NCBI GenBank assembly: GCA_036504515.1
Contig: DASXVA010000007.1
Location: forward strand, 100,031 to 164,030
DNA from: Rhodocyclaceae bacterium
GTDB lineage: Bacteria; Pseudomonadota; Gammaproteobacteria; Burkholderiales; Rhodocyclaceae
Direction: 5' to 3'
DNA length: 64,000 nucleotides
In this document: one piece after another, positions 59,085 to 64,000 of the stretch
Layout of the letters: the number at the start of each line of letters is the position of its first letter
How positions within the stretch are numbered: position 1 is the first letter of the stretch
Position numbers and translations under genes: made by a program
The notes under the pieces: model-generated
Databases searched by the model: none
What the model was told of the DNA's origin: nothing
Seen by the model: only the letters and a program-made list of their open reading frames with translations

Positions 59085-60302
59085 ATGCGTGTCGGCATTG
59101 ATCTATATGCCTTTAACCCAGCGAGTTCCGATGGCGTAAGTACCTTCGCCCTTGGTCTGGTGGGGGGCTTGCTGGCCAATACATTGCCCAGCAAGCAGCT
59201 AGTTCTGCTGGTCTCGCAGGCCAATGAGCTTTTTTTTAAGAAGCTTTTTGTAGGGCGTAATGTCAAGATATTCAGGGTACCGGTACCTCGTTTCGCACGA
59301 TACCTAAACCGTATCATTTGGATACTGTCTTGGCTGGTACGGGAATACCGGCTTCGGTATTGGTATGAACAGTGGTTTCGCCGAGGCCTGACCCGGCGAA
59401 TCGAAGCGGAGGTTGACGCACTAATTGTGCCGACCACCGTGTTCAATTTCTTTGCCCTGCGGGTATCCACCATTCTATGTATCCACGACATCCAGCATGA
59501 ATACCATCCTGAGAATTTCACGCTGCACCAGCGCATGCTGCGATGGGCTTCCTACCGGTTGTCATGTTCACGGGCGACCGCGATCCAAGTCAGCAGCCTT
59601 TACATTCAAGACTGCCTACTCGAAAAGTTCATGTTCCTGGCGCAGCACCGGTTCCTGGTAGCACCGGAAGGGGTGGACACCAATCGATTCTCGGAAGAGG
59701 CCGAAGATCAGATCCCGCAAGAACTGCCCGCTGTGGCGCGACAAGGCTTTGTCTTTTATCCGGCCCAGATATGGAAGCACAAGAATCATGCGCTGCTGAT
59801 GCATGCGCTGGCGGAATTCCGTGCACGGATGGGGTTTGAAATTCCCTGCGTGTTGACCGGGCACGATTACGGTTACTGGCCTGAGTTGGAGAATATTCGC
59901 AGAACACTGGGATTGCGTTCGGTGTTCTATCTGGGGCGTGTTGAATTCGCTGAACTGCTCTGGCTGTACAAAAATTGCTCTGCCGTGCTGGCTCTGGGGC
60001 TGCATGAGTCCAGTTCTCTACCCGTCCGCGAGGGTGCAGCCTTCGGCAAGCCGTTGCTCTGCACAGACATTCTCCCGAATGTCGAGTCTGCAGAATACCT
60101 GCACCTTCATCTATTCCGGCAAGACAGCGCCGAAGCCCTGGCGGATCTTTTGGTCACGGTGCATGAAGGCACAGACAATATCCGTGAATGGTCGGCTCAG
60201 AATAAGACTGCCATCGCAGCGTTGCGCTGGCATGTGATCGCGAGGAAGTACGTAGATCGGCTGGCTGAAAACTTTCATGGTTGTGGCACGTCGGCAACGT
60301 GA
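59085..60302 (+). CDS. GT-B fold glycosyltransferase (GT4/group 1-like)
   Basis: MRVGIDLYAF N-terminus. The C-terminal E(x7)E-like region is LHESSSLPVREGAAFGKPLLCTD. Confidence 0.75.
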   Translation: MRVGIDLYAFNPASSDGVSTFALGLVGGLLANTLPSKQLVLLVSQANELFFKKLFVGRNVKIFRVPVPRFARYLNRIIWILSWLVREYRLRYWYEQWFRRGLTRRIEAEVDALIVPTTVFNFFALRVSTILCIHDIQHEYHPENFTLHQRMLRWASYRLSCSRATAIQVSSLYIQDCLLEKFMFLAQHRFLVAPEGVDTNRFSEEAEDQIPQELPAVARQGFVFYPAQIWKHKNHALLMHALAEFRARMGFEIPCVLTGHDYGYWPELENIRRTLGLRSVFYLGRVEFAELLWLYKNCSAVLALGLHESSSLPVREGAAFGKPLLCTDILPNVESAEYLHLHLFRQDSAEALADLLVTVHEGTDNIREWSAQNKTAIAALRWHVIARKYVDRLAENFHGCGTSAT

Positions 60303-60324
60303 AGTTGAGGCAGGGGCAACAACT

Positions 60325-61359
60325 ATGACTGAGATGGCGTCTACAGCGGATCGTGCCCGCAATGCCGACTATGACAAACTCCGTGCCATTGGCATTGTGT
60401 TGGTGGTTTTAGGCCATACGCTGGGTATTTCGCGGGGAGCAGAGCTTTACATCTACTCATTCCACATGCCTCTGTTTTTCTTCATTTCCGGCTTGGTGCT
60501 CACACCGACTCGGTTGTCGCAAACCTCGCCCGATGCGGTTTGGCACTATGGACGCCGGCTACTGCTGCCTTACCTTTTGTTCAGCATGCTGACCTATTTA
60601 CCCTGGGTGCTAGTGACCCGAAATCATGGTGCCGATGCGGCACTGGGGGTGGAGGCTTGGCGTCCTTTGATCGGGACCTTGTACGGGATCGGGGTTGATG
60701 GCTGGCTTCAGCACAACGCCATGCTCTGGTTTTTTCCCTGTCTGTTCGTGGCACATCTGGTGTTTCGGGTGGTTCATGAGTTGGTGAAAGGCTGGACGCA
60801 GTATGTGATGATTGCGGTCTTGGCCGGAATTGGCTACTTGTTGTCATTAGTCTTGACCGCGCGTTTGCCGTGGGGCGTCGAAATTGCCCTGATTGCCCTG
60901 CCTTTCTATGCACTGGGGCAGGTCTTTGCCTCGCATAACGCTTGGCTTCCTCGCGCAGGTCTGAGTACGGCACTGCTGTTACTGCTCTTTGCTGCGCTGC
61001 AGTTCGCCTGTATTGCGCTCAACGGGCGCGTGGACATGAACTTTATTTCCTTGGGGAACCCTGTGCTCTTCTACCTCGGGGCCGTTTCCGGGATTGGTGC
61101 GCTGGGCTGTCTGGTCGCTTTCCTACCGCCGCTCAGTCTATTTGCGCGCTTGGCCGATGCGGCTGTGCTTGCTTTTCCGTTGCATCGCACCTTGTTTTCC
61201 GTGTTTTCGGCCTTTGGTTTATGGCTGGTGCATGATCTGCAAGCTTTTAAGCTGAGCGTGTGGGGCTCAGTCAGCTATACCGTGGGGGCTTTGCTGTTGT
61301 CCGTACTCTTGCTGCCTTGGATTCGTCGCTGGTGTCCGATACTGATCGGTGGCCGTTGA
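60325..61359 (+). CDS. Acyltransferase family 3 membrane O-acyltransferase
   Basis: DKLRAIGIVLVVLGHT N-terminal signature (conserved His) and about 10 TM segments. Confidence 0.8.
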   Translation: MTEMASTADRARNADYDKLRAIGIVLVVLGHTLGISRGAELYIYSFHMPLFFFISGLVLTPTRLSQTSPDAVWHYGRRLLLPYLLFSMLTYLPWVLVTRNHGADAALGVEAWRPLIGTLYGIGVDGWLQHNAMLWFFPCLFVAHLVFRVVHELVKGWTQYVMIAVLAGIGYLLSLVLTARLPWGVEIALIALPFYALGQVFASHNAWLPRAGLSTALLLLLFAALQFACIALNGRVDMNFISLGNPVLFYLGAVSGIGALGCLVAFLPPLSLFARLADAAVLAFPLHRTLFSVFSAFGLWLVHDLQAFKLSVWGSVSYTVGALLLSVLLLPWIRRWCPILIGGR

Positions 61360-62549
61360 TGTGCCAAGCGCAAGTTGTGGTCTATCTATGCAACGCGGTC
61401 GACGAGTCGATCAGAGCGGAGCGCGACATCACAACCGATAGCCCGGCTGCCACCAACAAGGTGCTCGCCCTGGCGGGGGCAATGCGTGGAGTCGGTATGC
61501 GTTGCACAGTGCTCTCCTTGGGACGGGGCCGCCAGAACGGCAGTTGCATCCAGCATGCAGCGGCGGCGCGGCGACTGGAGCATGGAGCCATTCTTTATGC
61601 TGCTTTCTGGCACTCGCCCTGGCTGACGCATCTGGTGAGCTTCGCCAGCCCGGCTTGGCTTCTCGCCAAATTGATCCGGCGTCATCCTGCCTTGTGCGTG
61701 CTGGTCTATAACCGTGCCTATCACTATCTGCCGGCACTGTTGTTGGCCCGCCTGTTGGGGGTACGGGTCTATCTGGATCTGGAGGATGGCTATATCGTCG
61801 AAGGACGCGGCGGAATCAGGCACCTCAAAAATAGATTAACGCGCAGACTTTTTAGCTGGCTTTGCCCGGACGGTAGCATGGTTGCCAATAGCAGGCTGGT
61901 TATGCAACTGAATCAGCCATCGGCGATGGTCTGTCATGGCGTAGCTTCTGCCACCCAGGCGCCATGCCAGGATTGGAATTCTGGACGGTTGCAGGTGCTG
62001 TTCAGTGGTACCCTGTTGGAGGAAGTAGGGTGCAAACTATTACTGGCTGCCCTAGAAATAATGCGTCTGCAGAATCCTGACGTGGTGCACAAAATACATT
62101 TTGTGGTGACTGGCAAGGGGCCATTTGCCGAAGCATTCCGCAATTTGGCGGAGCAAGCACCAGAATGGTTAAGCTTTGGCGAGTCACTCGGGCGCACGGC
62201 TTATCTGGATGTGTTGAACAGTAGCCACGTTGGACTGTCACTACGCTTGGCCGACTATGAAATGGGGGCGACGACCTTCCCGTCCAAGGTGGTGGAATAT
62301 GCCCAGCATGGCCTGCTGGTATTGACTACCCGCGCAAGCGATGTACCTACTCTGTTTGGTGAAACGGCACTCTACCTGGACAAGGAAACGCCTGAGGACC
62401 TTGCTTTGTTACTGTCCAGTCTTCCTGAACGAAAAACTAAATTGCAGGCTATGGCGATTGCCGGACGGGCGCGGACAATTAGCACTTGTAGCCCCGCAAT
62501 CGTGGGGGAAGCGCTCAAGCGTTTGCTGGTCAGCGGAAAGTCGTCGTGA
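61359..62549 (+). CDS. Group 1 (GT-B) glycosyltransferase
   Basis: TGATG overlap with the upstream gene. The C-terminal half shows TFPSKVVEYAQHGLLVLTT (EX7E-like). Confidence 0.7.
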   Translation: MCQAQVVVYLCNAVDESIRAERDITTDSPAATNKVLALAGAMRGVGMRCTVLSLGRGRQNGSCIQHAAAARRLEHGAILYAAFWHSPWLTHLVSFASPAWLLAKLIRRHPALCVLVYNRAYHYLPALLLARLLGVRVYLDLEDGYIVEGRGGIRHLKNRLTRRLFSWLCPDGSMVANSRLVMQLNQPSAMVCHGVASATQAPCQDWNSGRLQVLFSGTLLEEVGCKLLLAALEIMRLQNPDVVHKIHFVVTGKGPFAEAFRNLAEQAPEWLSFGESLGRTAYLDVLNSSHVGLSLRLADYEMGATTFPSKVVEYAQHGLLVLTTRASDVPTLFGETALYLDKETPEDLALLLSSLPERKTKLQAMAIAGRARTISTCSPAIVGEALKRLLVSGKSS

Positions 62550-63811
62550 CGCGTAGTGGAGCGGTGGCTGCTGCTTGGGCGGGCGCAGAGTACCTGGCCT
62601 ATCCGTCCTTGATGATTCTTGCCACGCCATTCCTGATTCGCCATTTGGGTGCAGGGTCTTTCGGCTTATGGATGTTGGTAGCGAGTGTGGTCGGAAGTTG
62701 GGGCCTGGTAAATTTGGGCAGTTCGCCTATGATCACCCGTTACGTCGCCATGTACCGGGATGGAACCGGGCTTGAACATGCAAAGCAGATCGTGCGAGTT
62801 GGCTTGGGTTGGGCTCTGATCGGCGGTGGATTAGCCGGCGGGAGCCTAATAGTTTCAGCATCATGGCTCGCAATGGGCTGGTTTCATGGCATGGGCGACC
62901 ACAAGCCGGTGACCTATTCACTCATGCTGGCTGGAGGGCTGTTGTTGCTGGCTCAGGTAGAATTTACCTACAAGGCGGCACTGAAGGGCTTTGAGTTGTT
63001 TGGTTTGGCTGCTCGCTTGGAACTCGCGTGCAAATCAGCGTTTGTGTTGGTCTTGTTGTTATTGGCAAATATGGGGCAGGGCCTGCTTGGGGTTTTGGGT
63101 GCCATGCTGGGATTTGCATTTATCAATTGCCTGATATTTGGCTTGGCGCTGTCCAAAGTAATGGGACGGGCAATCTGGGTCCCTCAGTTCTCCGTGCCTA
63201 TCTCGGGAATGCCAGCTTTTGCCGGTTGGAACTGGCTGCAGATTCTTGCAAGCGTAATGTTTCATCAGTTTGATCGATTCTTGATCGGTGCAGTATTGGG
63301 AGCAGTTCCCCTTGCAGCCTATACAGTTTGCCTTCAGGTCGCACAACAAATACATGCATTGCCTGCAGCCCTGTTTTCTTTTCTGCTGCCGCGGGCGAGT
63401 CGAAGAGACGTTGTTTCTCGCCAAACGCGGGAGATGACTTTGGTGGGCCTTCTGGTCTCACTTTTAATAGGATTGCCGGTGGTTTTACTAGCACCAAGGA
63501 TTCTGGAATGGTGGATGGGGGCCCCCTTTGCTACAGAGTATGGAACGTTGTTGATGACGCTAGCAGGTGGTTATCTCCTGTTGTCTATCAATGTCGTGCC
63601 ACATTACCTCAACCTGGCCGCGGGAAATGCACGGTTCATCTCGATGCTGAACCTGATAGCTGGCTTTGCAACGCTTATCTTGTGCGTGTGGCTTATCAAT
63701 GATTCAGGGCTTTGGGGAGTTGCGGAAAGTAAGTTTGCATATGGCCTTGTACTAATGGTGGCTTACATGCATCTGCGAAAAGGGCAAAAGTTTGAGTTGG
63801 CAAAAGATTAG
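62546..63811 (+). CDS. wzx: Wzx-type polysaccharide flippase (MOP/PST family)
   Basis: A 421 aa protein with about 12 TM segments, overlapping the upstream stop. The N-terminal AEYLAYPSLMILATPFLIRHLG pattern is typical of PST flippases. Confidence 0.75.
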   Translation: MTRSGAVAAAWAGAEYLAYPSLMILATPFLIRHLGAGSFGLWMLVASVVGSWGLVNLGSSPMITRYVAMYRDGTGLEHAKQIVRVGLGWALIGGGLAGGSLIVSASWLAMGWFHGMGDHKPVTYSLMLAGGLLLLAQVEFTYKAALKGFELFGLAARLELACKSAFVLVLLLLANMGQGLLGVLGAMLGFAFINCLIFGLALSKVMGRAIWVPQFSVPISGMPAFAGWNWLQILASVMFHQFDRFLIGAVLGAVPLAAYTVCLQVAQQIHALPAALFSFLLPRASRRDVVSRQTREMTLVGLLVSLLIGLPVVLLAPRILEWWMGAPFATEYGTLLMTLAGGYLLLSINVVPHYLNLAAGNARFISMLNLIAGFATLILCVWLINDSGLWGVAESKFAYGLVLMVAYMHLRKGQKFELAKD

Positions 63812-64000
63812 ACAGGCTGTAGCGCTGATCCGGATTGCCTCAAGTCGTTACTGGCTGCCTAAAAATCGTTCCCGATTTGCCCAAACGACAGTCAATGGAG
63901 TGCAATTGCTTGTGCTGGCCAACGAGGATGTGGGGCGTGAATTGGTTTATGGCAGAGCCTATGAGCCCCGCGAGACAGCAGCCCTTCGACGCCTGTTAAA
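63792..64000 (+). CDS. FkbM-family methyltransferase-like ORF, 3' end beyond the window
   Basis: The open frame from about TTG 63792 to the window end reads ...VNGVQLLVLANEDVGRELVYGRAYEPRETAALRRLL. This resembles FkbM N-termini (YE.ET..L...L). The start codon is not established. Confidence 0.4.
   Translation, partial: MSWQKIRQAVALIRIASSRYWLPKNRSRFAQTTVNGVQLLVLANEDVGRELVYGRAYEPRETAALRRLL

Noticed and set aside
58619-59536. A 305 aa minus-strand ORF spanning the junction between the aminotransferase and GT4 genes.
   Set aside because: It is antisense to two well-supported co-directional genes, is rich in Arg and Ser, and has no motifs.

Overview
The window looks like a betaproteobacterial chromosome segment, judged from the conserved gene order mlaFEDACB, ABC-2 pair, bolA-family, murA, hisG, hisD. 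It has two very different halves.

**Core region (1-23.5 kb).** Ordinary housekeeping genes: monomeric isocitrate dehydrogenase, cysK, murJ, rpsT, rluE, truC, ychJ, the Mla phospholipid-transport operon, murA and hisGD.

**Island boundary (23.6-27.4 kb).**
- A tRNA-Phe at 23598-23673 marks the start of an accessory island.
- The island begins with a decayed integrative-element backbone: a tyrosine integrase with an in-frame stop and local frame disruptions, a DNA methylase fragment, and an N-terminally truncated ParB/RepB-like gene.
- Next come an RfaH-type NusG paralog and, about 170 bp downstream, an ops/JUMPStart-like element (GGCGGTAGCTTG).
- A frameshifted 3' remnant of gmd follows.

**Glycan locus (27.4 to beyond 64 kb).** About 36 co-directional, mostly translationally coupled genes. 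It appears to be a mosaic of three blocks.
- Block a (27.4-36.6 kb): homologs of the four core enzymes, one of the two methyltransferases and a size-matched candidate for the transferases of the Campylobacter jejuni O-methyl phosphoramidate (MeOPN) pathway (Cj1415-Cj1422), rearranged and mixed with three extra genes. I consider this the most interesting content of the window.
- Block b (36.7-47.0 kb): a legionaminic-acid-type nonulosonic acid pathway plus a WbuX/HisF/HisH-type acetamidino module.
- Block c (47.0 to beyond 64 kb): visibly lower GC. It holds an MsbA-like ABC exporter, glycosyltransferases, WbpB/D/E-like diacetamido-sugar enzymes, methyltransferases, an O-acyltransferase, a Wzx flippase and a partial FkbM-like gene.

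No CRISPR array, rRNA gene or intact IS element was seen. All functional calls rest on reading the translated ORFs and motifs by eye. No database search was run.
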